Below are positions 53,711 to 63,597 of a stretch of DNA of 64,000 nt, one piece after another. The notes beneath the pieces were generated by a model, which ran no database searches, was not told the DNA's origin, and saw only the letters and a list, made by a program, of their open reading frames with translations. Source of the stretch: a virus (Duplodnaviria; Caudoviricetes). The translations under genes and the position numbers were made by a program. Location of the stretch: positions 1-64,000 of the IMG/VR virus record IMGVR_UViG_3300033067_002581; one strand, 5' to 3'. Position 1 is the stretch's first letter. Every line of letters starts with the position of its first letter.

Positions 53711-56199
53711 CAGCCGCTCCTACCAGCGCTATACGTTGGCGCTCGAGAGAAACCGAACCTGTCAAGTCCTGGAGCGATGTCGTGTATGACGCTAAAAACC
53801 ATGCTGATGGTTACGCTCATCGGAGCTCTCCTGTTTACGTCTGTCTCCCACATAGCCTTATCAAGCATGTTTATGCTAAGAGAGTCGATCTTTCCAGCGA
53901 GACCCACACCGCCTGCCTCGCGAAACGATTTGACGATAGCGTTACTATCATCAGCGAAAAACGCGTCAACCTCAGCTGAGCCACCAGCGGGCTGCCCAGA
54001 GACGCGCTTCTCGATGCTCCTGAGCGTCGCCTGCGTCGGTCGAAGCGCTGACACCTCTATGACATAAGACCCACCAGCGTAACGCTGGCCGTATTTTGTG
54101 ACGTCCACCTGTGACACGTCTGACTGCTCTGTGCTCTGTGAGATCGAGCATATAACGGCAGCGTCGCCTATAGATGATAGGACGGTGACAACAAACGTCC
54201 TCTGCGACGATAGCACGGTCGTGTCAAACACCGCCGCAGCGGATGGCGATTTGAGTGGCGCCGCGGCGTAAACACCCGGCGCGACGTAAAACGTATAGCC
54301 AGAACCTGGCTGCGTGGCCGTGGATCGGACGAGCGACGACAGAGCACCAGGATCGATCGCCGATGCATAATTGACCTGTGAGCCACCGAACTTCAGCCCG
54401 TCCTCACCATAGCCGAAGACGCGCTGAAGCGCAAACTTGCTATAATTCGATGTTATGACGTCTCCAACGCGAAGCCTGATCAGCGGCGACGCCGCGAACG
54501 TCTGACTGAAAGGTTGAACGAACCTATCCGTTCCTGAGGCGTCACTCTGCACCCACCTGCCACCATCAAACTGAGGGTATACGAGCGTCACAAGCTTGTT
54601 TATTTTTAACCACATCTCATCAAAATCAGCAGGAGACGTTGCGACAGCTATGAAATCAAGGGCGATCGAGCGAGAGGTGCTCTTATATGTCTGCACGGCG
54701 TCAACGCGCCCAAAGCCCTCAGACGACTCCCACTGAGGTGAGAACGAGTCCTGCAGGTGTGACAGGAACGCATTAAACGCGACGATCTCGTTCGTTCGCA
54801 GGTCGTGAAAGTAAAACGGGACGTACTCAGCGTTCAGCTGTCGCTCGATGCTCTCTCTGTCATCAGTTGAGATGCGAGCGCCACGAGACCGCCTGTCAAC
54901 TGATGACACGATGACGCTCTTCGTTGACGATATCGGTGATGTGAACCCAAGGCCCGGGACTCGTGACAGCTCACGTGACAGCGTGTCTGGTATGAGATAC
55001 GATGTCGGCGGAGCTGACGCTGCCGGGAATGAGACGCGGGCGTCATCACCCGCCGCAGCTGACAGCGCAAGATCACCGAGCGTGGCAAAGGCGCTCACGA
55101 TAGAGACTAGCTGTCTCCCTCTTGTTATCAGCGAGCTGATGTCAGCTGACGTCACATCATTTGGCGTGGCGCTAGCAGCGGACGCAGCTGACCTTATTAT
55201 GAACCGCGCTATCGTCAGCTTGAAACCTGCGTCGCCACCGACGATGTTTGTGAACGCTGAGAGGAACGCTCTCGATGTCTGAACGCCAAAGAACGCTGAC
55301 ACACCGGCGGCGATGCATAGCGAGAACGCGTTTTTAGTATTTGGGATGCCGACGAAGCGAGCGATAGACGAGAGCTGAGACGTGCTCGCGCTCGTTCCAA
55401 GCGGCCTGCGACCTGACGTCTCCAGCGCCGTGGGCGCTGCTGCCGCCGCGGCCGCGCGTGCTGTCGCGGCCGCGGCAGATAGCGCTAATGACACAGCTGA
55501 TATCACGCCAGCTGCGATAGTGATCGCCGCGGCTGACGTGATGCTGTCGTAAGGTGAAGCAGGTGACGACACCTGCCCCCACGTCACCTCAGTTGGTGAC
55601 GTTGTCGCCACACCAGTCGCGGCGACGCGTCTCAGCACATCTATCGCGCTTGATTGTGTGACAGCCCTGCGGACGGAGAAGAGCTGCTCGACGCTAAACG
55701 CGCTCATGCGACGTGGGTCAAACCCTTGCTGTGTCGCCGACGGATCGCCAGCAGCCTCAGCGGCGATGGCTGCGCCGACGTTAAACAGTCTAGCGTCATC
55801 TACCTTCGCGGATCCGCTGTTGATCGACGTAAGCTGCGACACATACGCTGACGTAGACCCTGGAGCTCTTTGCAGCGTATCGCCGCTGAGCATCACCAGC
55901 GATTCGGCGCCTGACGTTGACTTTGGGACGCGCTGACTGAACGAATCGTTCTTGACGACGATCGGCTGCGACCTGAGCGTCGTCTCGACTATCGCCTCAT
56001 CCGTCACACCGCGAACTGACGCTTTAGATGTGCCGCGGCCGAGCGACAGGTCACTCATATAGTGAGCGAGCGCAACTCTAGTGTTTTTTGGTATGTCGCG
56101 CGCGGCAGGCGCGGGCGTGACGTCAACCTCTGGCTCTATCTCTCCGTCTGAGAGACCGGCTGTCGGCGTGTACTGTCTGTTTCTGACCGTGATTGGCAT
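53710..56199 (-). CDS. Tail tube-like / baseplate junction protein
   Basis: PFYFHDLRTNE, FSPQW, GRVDAVQTYKSTSRSI, PLIRLRVGD. Confidence 0.6.
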   Translation of the reverse strand: MPITVRNRQYTPTAGLSDGEIEPEVDVTPAPAARDIPKNTRVALAHYMSDLSLGRGTSKASVRGVTDEAIVETTLRSQPIVVKNDSFSQRVPKSTSGAESLVMLSGDTLQRAPGSTSAYVSQLTSINSGSAKVDDARLFNVGAAIAAEAAGDPSATQQGFDPRRMSAFSVEQLFSVRRAVTQSSAIDVLRRVAATGVATTSPTEVTWGQVSSPASPYDSITSAAAITIAAGVISAVSLALSAAAATARAAAAAAAPTALETSGRRPLGTSASTSQLSSIARFVGIPNTKNAFSLCIAAGVSAFFGVQTSRAFLSAFTNIVGGDAGFKLTIARFIIRSAASAASATPNDVTSADISSLITRGRQLVSIVSAFATLGDLALSAAAGDDARVSFPAASAPPTSYLIPDTLSRELSRVPGLGFTSPISSTKSVIVSSVDRRSRGARISTDDRESIERQLNAEYVPFYFHDLRTNEIVAFNAFLSHLQDSFSPQWESSEGFGRVDAVQTYKSTSRSIALDFIAVATSPADFDEMWLKINKLVTLVYPQFDGGRWVQSDASGTDRFVQPFSQTFAASPLIRLRVGDVITSNYSKFALQRVFGYGEDGLKFGGSQVNYASAIDPGALSSLVRSTATQPGSGYTFYVAPGVYAAAPLKSPSAAAVFDTTVLSSQRTFVVTVLSSIGDAAVICSISQSTEQSDVSQVDVTKYGQRYAGGSYVIEVSALRPTQATLRSIEKRVSGQPAGGSAEVDAFFADDSNAIVKSFREAGGVGLAGKIDSLSINMLDKAMWETDVNRRAPMSVTISMVFSVIHDIAPGLDRFGFSRAPTYSAGRSG

Positions 56200-56345
56200 A
56201 TTGACGCGCTCACAAAGACGTTAGTCACTCGCACCGCGCTAAGCAATATAGCGCTCGCGCTAGCGTCTATCGAATAATCTCGTAAAACGCTAGCAACTAT
56301 CTCATCTTCTGAGAGATCATCCGCGAAGGTGCTAAGATCAATCAT
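56136..56345 (-). CDS. Hypothetical protein
   Basis: Fills the gap after the tape measure gene; start uncertain. Confidence 0.35.
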   Translation of the reverse strand: MIDLSTFADDLSEDEIVASVLRDYSIDASASAILLSAVRVTNVFVSASICQSRSETDSTRRQPVSQTER

Positions 56346-56358
56346 ACGTATAACGCTA

Positions 56359-59300
56359 TCACTTCCTAGCAGAGATTGGTAACGGAGATGGCGATGATGG
56401 CGACTGAGGTATCTCTGGGACGGCCGCGGTGCCCCTGTACTGGACGTTGTTGAGCCTGTCACGGATCACAGACTCTTTTCTCTGAACAATCACCTTCTCA
56501 ACATCATCAGCTCTCATCGAGACTGACAGGTTCACGGTCAGCACGACGTCACGAGATCTGACGGTGTATTGCCCAGCGGAGCCCATACCTGGCAGCGCTG
56601 TGGCTATCTGCTGAAGCTTCGTCGCGATGTTTATCTTATTCGCGGCGACGTTGCCGAGCGCCGTGTCAAGGTCGTTAACGACCTTGACCATGTCAGCGAC
56701 GCCAGCAGCCGTCGATTCGACGACGCCAGACCTGACTGATTTCGCCAGGCTCTGCAGCGCGGTGAGCTTGACCTCACTGACCTTGTTGAGAGACCACACC
56801 ACTGACGACAGCTTGGAGGGTAGCGTGTCAGAGACTGGCCTGAGGTTCGCCTCAAGCTCGGCGAGCTTCACGCCGAGCTCCTTAAACGCTGAGACATCGA
56901 TCCTTCGCGCCTTGTCCCTCATCATCGCGAGCTCGTCGGTCATCGCTGAGAGCTGGTGAACCCTTGTGACCGGGTCGTCACCGCCACGAAGCTGAGCGTG
57001 TAATCGATTCGCGATGTCTGACGCCTCCTTGTCACGACTCTTCATATCAGCGAGTCGCTGTGACTGAGCCTCAGCGAGCGGCGACTGAGCCTTCACCATC
57101 TCACGTGCCGCCTTCTCAGCCAGCGCTTTCTCAGAGATTATCGCGTCCTGAGCCTTGTCCTGAGCGTCGCGCTTGCGCTTCTCTGCGAACTGCCTCTCTA
57201 GGAACTCGTACTTGTCAGAGATCTCTTTCTCTTTCTTTGCACGAGCGTCAAGCAGCTCCTCCTCGATGTCAAGCTCGTGACCGCTAGTCTCCCTACCCGA
57301 CAGAGAGCTCTTATACGTCTTGTTTCGCGAAGGTCTGATGTACAGGGCGCTGCTCCTGCGAACCGTCTCGAAGCTGCGAGTCACACTTTCCTTGACGTCA
57401 AGGAATAGCTCCTCCAGCCGCCGTCCGACCTTCACCTTGAGCACAGTCATGATGTCGTCGATGGCGTCCAGCAGACCACCGGTTGCTCGCTTGTCAGTGA
57501 GAGCGGCGACGATAGGCTGGAACAGCTGCGTGGCAAACGAGCCACCAGACCTCGCGCCTGATGATAGCGAGCGCAGGGCTGATGATGGATCATACAGGAA
57601 GTCAGCGAGGAACTTCAGCCCACGCTCAAGCGAGCCGATCGCCCACGTTATGCCCTCCCCAACGACTTTTGACACAGTCAGCAGGAACGTCTTCAGTCCC
57701 GAGATGATCTTCTGTCCGCCTGGCGCCTCTGAGCTCAGGAAATCAAAGAACGAGCTCCTCAGCCTCGTCATCAGGTCGCCGAAGCTCATCCTCCCGGTCG
57801 TCACGTCTCTGAAGAACTGCTCCAGAGATCTCCTGAAGCTAGCCGCGAACTTCCTGAACCTGTCAGGCTTGAAGAGGTCGCTGAACCCTTCAAGCAGCGT
57901 CCTGACGCCAGGAAACAGGTCGACGAACGAGCGACCCAACTTCGCGCCCTCGCGCCACACTGACATCAGCGCGTTGCGAAGGTTAAAGACGCTCCTCGTG
58001 AACGGGCCTGACGTCATCACGCCACGAGAGAAACCTTTCAACATCGCGTCAAAGAACCCAGTGAACTCCGGGCCCTGCCTGACGAGTCGCTCGATCGACG
58101 CTGACAGCTTGGCAAGCGCCTCGGCCTGCGTCAGCTGCTTCTTCTCAGCCTGCTCAGACTTCTTCTTAAGCATGTCAAGAGACAGTCCCTGGTTCTGCAT
58201 CGAGAAGGCGAGCCGCGCCGTGGCCTCATCAAGGCCAGTCGTCTGCGAAAGGAGCTTGAGCTCCTGCCTGGTCATCCCTTCAGTCGTCCTACCAGCAGCG
58301 AAGAACGACTTTCGAAGCGCGTCTATCTGCTCGTCAGGTGACTGCGCCTCCATCAGAGAGAACGCGTCGACGAGGACACCAAATGACTGCGACAGCTTCG
58401 CGGCGTTCTCGGCCGCTGAATCAAACGTCTCAAACGCTGACAACGTACCGACGATGCGATCGAGCTCAAGACCAAGTTTCCTGGCATAGACTGAGGCTGT
58501 CGATATCTGCTTGACAGTCGCGCCACCAAAGTGGGCGACGTCACCCAGAGCCTTTCCGACGTCACGAGATATGACCTTTGAGTCGACCCCGAACGCCTTA
58601 CCCAGAGCTATCGCCTGCGACGTCATGGTCACGAGGACGTTCCTACCAGACCTACCCGCCGAGATCGCGACCTCGCCGACTGCCTTTAGCTCCTCATTCG
58701 CGAGCCCCAGCCCCTTCTGGAACGCTATTATCGCCCCGCCGTCAGCCTCAAACTCAGACCGAAGCTTGCCGAACACAGGGCCCATAGTCGTCGCGAGCTC
58801 TCTGACGTACTCTAATCTTTGCGCAAAATTACCGATGACACCCCACGCTGACAGCCCTGTCGCGCTGAAGCCTTTCATGTCTGAAGAGATGCTCACGACC
58901 GCTGACGACACTGGACCAGCGAGGTCACCGAACTGCCTCCTCACGCCCTCGACCTGCGTCTGTATCTCGACTAGTATGCCCGCAACATCGTTTGACAGCC
59001 TCACGAAGCCCTCAAACACGTTAAACGGGATCGCTATGATAGCCTTGCCGACCTCTAAGAGACTTGACGCTATGCCTGTGACGAAGCCGACAGCGCTGGA
59101 TGCGACCGACGCTAGACCGCTGACAGCGTTCGCTAGCGCTTTGACAGCTATGATCGCAAGCGCAGCGCCACCTCCTGTTGTCGCCATAGCTGTCAAAGCC
59201 TTGTCAGCCTTTAGCGACTCGTTGAGTAGCTTAGTGACTGAGTCGTCTGTTGCGTCTCCTACGCTCTTCAGCGATTTTGACACTTTCTTTGACGTGTCAG

Positions 59301-59562
59301 ACAGCGACGTCGCTGAATCTATCAGGTCGTCAAAATCCGTGTCTCTGACAGCGTCTCGCATGTCAGAGATCAGATCTCGCTGCGACTCCTGCTGGCGCAG
59401 CATCTTCTCAAGCAGCTTGCTCTGCTTCTGAAGCTCAGCCGTTATGTCTCTAGAGATGTCTAGGTTGTCTCGCTTAGCGCGAGCTGACTTTGGATCGGTC
59501 GATGCGTCAGTCGACGCTGAATCGCCAGACTTTGACCCGATGCTTACCTTGATGTCAGCCAT
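56359..59562 (-). CDS. Tape measure protein
   Basis: 1067 aa, Ala/Leu/Ser-rich and helical, between chaperone and baseplate genes. Confidence 0.8.
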   Translation of the reverse strand: MADIKVSIGSKSGDSASTDASTDPKSARAKRDNLDISRDITAELQKQSKLLEKMLRQQESQRDLISDMRDAVRDTDFDDLIDSATSLSDTSKKVSKSLKSVGDATDDSVTKLLNESLKADKALTAMATTGGGAALAIIAVKALANAVSGLASVASSAVGFVTGIASSLLEVGKAIIAIPFNVFEGFVRLSNDVAGILVEIQTQVEGVRRQFGDLAGPVSSAVVSISSDMKGFSATGLSAWGVIGNFAQRLEYVRELATTMGPVFGKLRSEFEADGGAIIAFQKGLGLANEELKAVGEVAISAGRSGRNVLVTMTSQAIALGKAFGVDSKVISRDVGKALGDVAHFGGATVKQISTASVYARKLGLELDRIVGTLSAFETFDSAAENAAKLSQSFGVLVDAFSLMEAQSPDEQIDALRKSFFAAGRTTEGMTRQELKLLSQTTGLDEATARLAFSMQNQGLSLDMLKKKSEQAEKKQLTQAEALAKLSASIERLVRQGPEFTGFFDAMLKGFSRGVMTSGPFTRSVFNLRNALMSVWREGAKLGRSFVDLFPGVRTLLEGFSDLFKPDRFRKFAASFRRSLEQFFRDVTTGRMSFGDLMTRLRSSFFDFLSSEAPGGQKIISGLKTFLLTVSKVVGEGITWAIGSLERGLKFLADFLYDPSSALRSLSSGARSGGSFATQLFQPIVAALTDKRATGGLLDAIDDIMTVLKVKVGRRLEELFLDVKESVTRSFETVRRSSALYIRPSRNKTYKSSLSGRETSGHELDIEEELLDARAKKEKEISDKYEFLERQFAEKRKRDAQDKAQDAIISEKALAEKAAREMVKAQSPLAEAQSQRLADMKSRDKEASDIANRLHAQLRGGDDPVTRVHQLSAMTDELAMMRDKARRIDVSAFKELGVKLAELEANLRPVSDTLPSKLSSVVWSLNKVSEVKLTALQSLAKSVRSGVVESTAAGVADMVKVVNDLDTALGNVAANKINIATKLQQIATALPGMGSAGQYTVRSRDVVLTVNLSVSMRADDVEKVIVQRKESVIRDRLNNVQYRGTAAVPEIPQSPSSPSPLPISARK

Positions 59563-59575
59563 TAGCGATCACACC

Positions 59576-59863
59576 TCACAGAGGCCAGCGAACGCCAAAG
59601 CATCTCTCAAACTCAGCCGCTGATCTGGTCTTCGCGTTTAGTGCCGTCATGACTGACTCGACGTCAGCGCCAGGTTTCGAGATCTCCTGCTGAAACTTCT
59701 TTGATGATACCATCGCGCGCGCCAGAGCAAGCGCCTCAAGCTTAGACGCGCGCACCCTAAGAGAGATCGCCTTACCAGCTAACCACGCAGCGACGGCGAC
59801 AAACAGGAGTTTACCGACGCCGTTTATGTGTAGCTCGTTTAATCGTCTGTCTTGGTTCATCAC
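59576..59863 (-). CDS. Hypothetical protein
   Basis: ORF ending FGVRWPL directly before the tape measure gene. Confidence 0.6.
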   Translation of the reverse strand: MMNQDRRLNELHINGVGKLLFVAVAAWLAGKAISLRVRASKLEALALARAMVSSKKFQQEISKPGADVESVMTALNAKTRSAAEFERCFGVRWPL

Positions 59864-60227
59864 CAGCTCTCAATCTATGATCATCTGCAACGCTTTTGAT
59901 CTCATCAGCTTTCATGCGAAATTCTTCAGCTGTCGCAGCGTCAAGTGGAATCTCATCTCCACGAACATGATCATAGCAGTTTGCTGCATAGCATAAATCG
60001 TCATGCGCACGTATGCACGCATTGAATGCTTCATAGTGAGAAGACGGAGCGTTGTTGCTCTTTGCGACGGCGCTTAAAGCAAGCGCATTCTTTAGCGCAA
60101 CAGATGCACTAGCCGCTGATTCACTCGCCTCTAATTCTCTACTACGATGTATGACCGGCGCATCAAACATGCGATAGAGATCGCTGTTTGAGATCACTTC
60201 TTTTATCAGAGACTTGAGCAATTTCAT
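59811..60227 (-). CDS. Hypothetical late protein
   Basis: Starts MKLLKSLIKEVI. Confidence 0.6.
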   Translation of the reverse strand: MKLLKSLIKEVISNSDLYRMFDAPVIHRSRELEASESAASASVALKNALALSAVAKSNNAPSSHYEAFNACIRAHDDLCYAANCYDHVRGDEIPLDAATAEEFRMKADEIKSVADDHRLRAGDEPRQTIKRATHKRRR

Positions 60228-60228
60228 C

Positions 60229-60585
60229 TTACAACCACTGTTCGGTCGCGCGAACCAAGACGCTGATGTCATCAGGCATCAAACCGTCTGTCAGTTCATC
60301 AAACGACATCTTCTGAAACCTGTCACGAACGTCTCTGTCGTACCCGTCAAACTCTTGATTGAGCAGCACTCTACGTTGACGCTCATCAGCAGCATCCCAC
60401 TTCAACTTCGCCGTAGCTTTTCTCTCAGCCTCTCGACGAGCCACAGCGGATCTTGATGACGAGCCACGCTTCTTTGGCTCGTGACGGTGAAAGATCGGGG
60501 CGTCTGTTCCCAGACCCGTCCACGTGCCCTTCACTTCACACACGCGAATCGATTCGCGCACCAATTCTTTTAACGAATGATTCAC
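60229..60585 (-). CDS. Hypothetical late protein
   Basis: Starts MNHSLKELVRES. Confidence 0.6.
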   Translation of the reverse strand: MNHSLKELVRESIRVCEVKGTWTGLGTDAPIFHRHEPKKRGSSSRSAVARREAERKATAKLKWDAADERQRRVLLNQEFDGYDRDVRDRFQKMSFDELTDGLMPDDISVLVRATEQWL

Positions 60586-63306
60586 TTAGTAACCAAGCGC
60601 TTTGGCGTGACGCCCAGTTCTCGGCCGCGGGCTGACCCTTGAACGTTTCACAGCTGCTTTGATAGCGTTGATCATCGCTTGACCGTCGCTACCAGGCTTC
60701 ACAAGGATCTGCGCGTCCTCAGCATCGGGAAGGTGTTTCCGCACATACCCACTTGACGTGACTGAGTATTTTGCGTCTGTCTGCTTGTCTAACATGACAA
60801 GCGTACCGTTTACGCTCTGCTTGCTAGTGCTGACGTCAACCAAGCCGATATCGCTAAAATCACTCGCTGAAACCTGCTCAGGCTGAGCGGCTACTGACGC
60901 TACAGGTAACAGAACCTGAACAAACGAACTCTCCGCTCCACCTTTAACAGAAGCGTCAAACTTTGCAGCTTTCAGTAACTGTTCAATCTTACTAGCGATT
61001 TTTTTATGAGACGCTATCATATCTGCGTACTCATACGCATCTTTGACGTGCCTATCATCCTCAGATTCAGTGTGCAGTTCAATTCTGTCTGGTTTGTTGC
61101 CACGACCTGAAAACGACATCCACACGCAGAAGCCGTTCGACCCATAGGATTCAGCGCCATCTTCTGGCGGCTCACGTTCGAATCCAAAGCCAGCAGACGA
61201 CAGCAATTTCTCTATCTTCGCAATATTTTTTTCCTGTGCTGCCTCTCGCTGAGCAACAACTGTCGTCCCCGCGGGAGCCTCAGTGAGCTGATTACGCATA
61301 CGACTCCTGATCTCACGAAGCGCCAGCCTCACATCCTGACTCGTGACACCCTCGCCAAAGACAGCCTTACGATCCTTCGTGATCGCGTTGACAACCTTCT
61401 GAACCATCTCCTCTGGCGTCCCGCCTCCCGGGAGCATGAGGTTTGAGTCGAGCGTAGCGCCAGGACGCCGCTTTCGCACGTATCCGCTAGACTGCAGGAA
61501 GTACTTGATGTCTGTCTCCTTGTCGAGGAGGACGACCGTACCGTTAGCCCGCTGCTTCTCTGTCGAGATGTCCTCAACGCCGTTTATCTGCGGGACGTTG
61601 AACGAGAGGTTCTGCTGGATCGCGTCCTCGGCCTTTGGGATCGAGATGGTTACACGCCAGTCGTTTGACTCGCTCATGCCGTAGTTGCGTTTGGGTGTCA
61701 GTTTGACGCTGCCGTACCTCTTGCAGTCACCTGCAAAGTCACGAACTTCCTGTTCAGAGAGAGCGTGACTGTTTCTAAACTCAACAGACACGACGTAGTT
61801 TTTCGCGCTTGATGAAAGGTTTACGAACGCGTTGCTTCTACTGACGTTCAGGTTGTCACGAACCTCTCGTTGTATCTCATCGAACGCGCGCCTGACATCT
61901 GATGGGTACTGCCTGGTCATGTGCAGTGGCTTGCCTTTGATCTCAGCGAGCCTGCGCTCACGACCTTCACCGAATCTCTTCATACGAGACTTCTTAATCC
62001 TTGAGACAACGATGTCGACCATCTGCTCTGGTGTGCCCCCGCCTGGCTTCATGATGACCTGGCCCTCCTCACGACCAGCGGTGTATGGGTTCGTCGACAC
62101 AACGATCTTGCGAACATAACCGTTTGAATACAGCGCGTACTTGTCGTCGGTCTCTTTATCCTTGATGACGAGCGTACCATTCGCTCTCTGCTTCTCAGTC
62201 GAGACGTCAGCGATGCCCGGGATTTCAGGCATGACAAACTGCTTCGGCGTCACAAGCCTGTCTTCGCTCTTGGGTATCGTGAAAATATACTGAGTTCGAT
62301 CGTCGCTGTAAGGCCTGACGATTTTCACAGGACCTAGCTTTTTGAGTATCGAAAGAAACTTCGCTTCAACTGATTTTCGGCGTTCTGATTCATAGATCTC
62401 GACAGTGATGAGGTAGTTTTTCGCACCAGAGCTCTTGTGGACCCACCCCTCTCCACGTTTAATACCGACGGATCTAAGAGCGTCTTCAGCGCGCGCCGCT
62501 AGCAGATCGATTTCTGGTGGGTACGTCTCTGATTGATGAAGCGAACGACCTCTGATCGCCTCGTTCACGATGTTCGTTAAAGCGGACAGCGACACGTTGT
62601 TTACTGATCTCAGTACTCTCTTTACCGATCTGACCTCACCAAAAGTTTTTTTACGCGCTTTCGTGATCCTGTCAGACACGAAGCTGACCATCTCATCAGC
62701 TGACTTTCCATCTGGTTTAAGCATCACGGATGCGCTATCTCCGTTCCCACGAAGATACGGACTCGCTGACGTTGTAATTCTTCTGACGTAGCCGTTTGAG
62801 TGAAGCGAGTATCTGGTCCCTGTCTCCTTGTCAAGGATGACCATGGTGCCGTTCTCGCGCTGCTTCGTGGTCGTTATGTCTTCGATCCCAGGAATCTTTG
62901 GTGGCTCGAACGATTTTACATCGATCTCTCCTGTGTCACTCTTCGGAAGAGTCACGATGTATATCGCGCCGCTATCGGCCTCGCTGTGTACTTTCAGCGT
63001 TGGCGATCCACCAGACCATGACGCGCATAGGCTGTTGATGATGCGCTTGCAGGTGTTTCGTCTTGCGCGATCGACGCCGATCGAGTTGCTATCAGGTATG
63101 ATAGACGCGCGTAACATGAACCCACTGTTGTCATCTGACATCCACGCGATGACATAGACATTGATCTTCTCACCTTTAAAGATCTCGCTTAGTCCGCGTT
63201 TCACATTTCTGACAAGGGCTGCAGCCTCAGGTGATATCGCGGTTGATTTGATCTTGCCAACTGCTTCAGTGACGATGTCACGTAGGTCTGTCATGGTCAT
63301 TTTCAT
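60586..63306 (-). CDS. 906-aa protein with four tandem repeat modules
   Basis: Four copies of D(I/V)(S/T)T.KQ..NGT....DK.T...Y....(N/S)GYVR; ATACGTA upstream. Confidence 0.85.
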   Translation of the reverse strand: MKMTMTDLRDIVTEAVGKIKSTAISPEAAALVRNVKRGLSEIFKGEKINVYVIAWMSDDNSGFMLRASIIPDSNSIGVDRARRNTCKRIINSLCASWSGGSPTLKVHSEADSGAIYIVTLPKSDTGEIDVKSFEPPKIPGIEDITTTKQRENGTMVILDKETGTRYSLHSNGYVRRITTSASPYLRGNGDSASVMLKPDGKSADEMVSFVSDRITKARKKTFGEVRSVKRVLRSVNNVSLSALTNIVNEAIRGRSLHQSETYPPEIDLLAARAEDALRSVGIKRGEGWVHKSSGAKNYLITVEIYESERRKSVEAKFLSILKKLGPVKIVRPYSDDRTQYIFTIPKSEDRLVTPKQFVMPEIPGIADVSTEKQRANGTLVIKDKETDDKYALYSNGYVRKIVVSTNPYTAGREEGQVIMKPGGGTPEQMVDIVVSRIKKSRMKRFGEGRERRLAEIKGKPLHMTRQYPSDVRRAFDEIQREVRDNLNVSRSNAFVNLSSSAKNYVVSVEFRNSHALSEQEVRDFAGDCKRYGSVKLTPKRNYGMSESNDWRVTISIPKAEDAIQQNLSFNVPQINGVEDISTEKQRANGTVVLLDKETDIKYFLQSSGYVRKRRPGATLDSNLMLPGGGTPEEMVQKVVNAITKDRKAVFGEGVTSQDVRLALREIRSRMRNQLTEAPAGTTVVAQREAAQEKNIAKIEKLLSSAGFGFEREPPEDGAESYGSNGFCVWMSFSGRGNKPDRIELHTESEDDRHVKDAYEYADMIASHKKIASKIEQLLKAAKFDASVKGGAESSFVQVLLPVASVAAQPEQVSASDFSDIGLVDVSTSKQSVNGTLVMLDKQTDAKYSVTSSGYVRKHLPDAEDAQILVKPGSDGQAMINAIKAAVKRSRVSPRPRTGRHAKALGY

Positions 63307-63324
63307 ATATGATACGTATTGCGC

Positions 63325-63597
63325 TCAGCTCGTGTGTCGGAGCCTCGCTGGGACTACGTGACGTGAGCTACCACGCGCGGCACGCAGATCAGGCGTGTTT
63401 GCTTCAAACGACCTGGTGTCTGTCGAACCCTGCGCGGCGCTGTCTGAGAGCTGCTTGTTTATCCTCTCAACAAACCAACGCCTTATCGGTATCTGTAGAT
63501 CTCTGGCATCAGAGTACGTGAAGCCGAGATGATGCATCAGTATGAAGATCGGTTCGAGCTGACAACGTTGCTTATCGCTTGGCTCGAGGCCAAAGAA
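63325..63597 (-). CDS. Tail/baseplate assembly chaperone C-terminal extension, probably reached by frameshift
   Basis: FFGLEPSDK...IFILMHHLGFTYSDARDLQIPIRRWFVERI. Confidence 0.65.
   Translation of the reverse strand, partial: FFGLEPSDKQRCQLEPIFILMHHLGFTYSDARDLQIPIRRWFVERINKQLSDSAAQGSTDTRSFEANTPDLRAARGSSRHVVPARLRHTS

Noticed and set aside
57320-59431. Long plus-strand ORFs of 389 and 306 aa
   Set aside because: Antisense shadows of the tape measure gene; Ser/Pro-rich with no motifs. The same applies to most plus-strand ORFs in the track.
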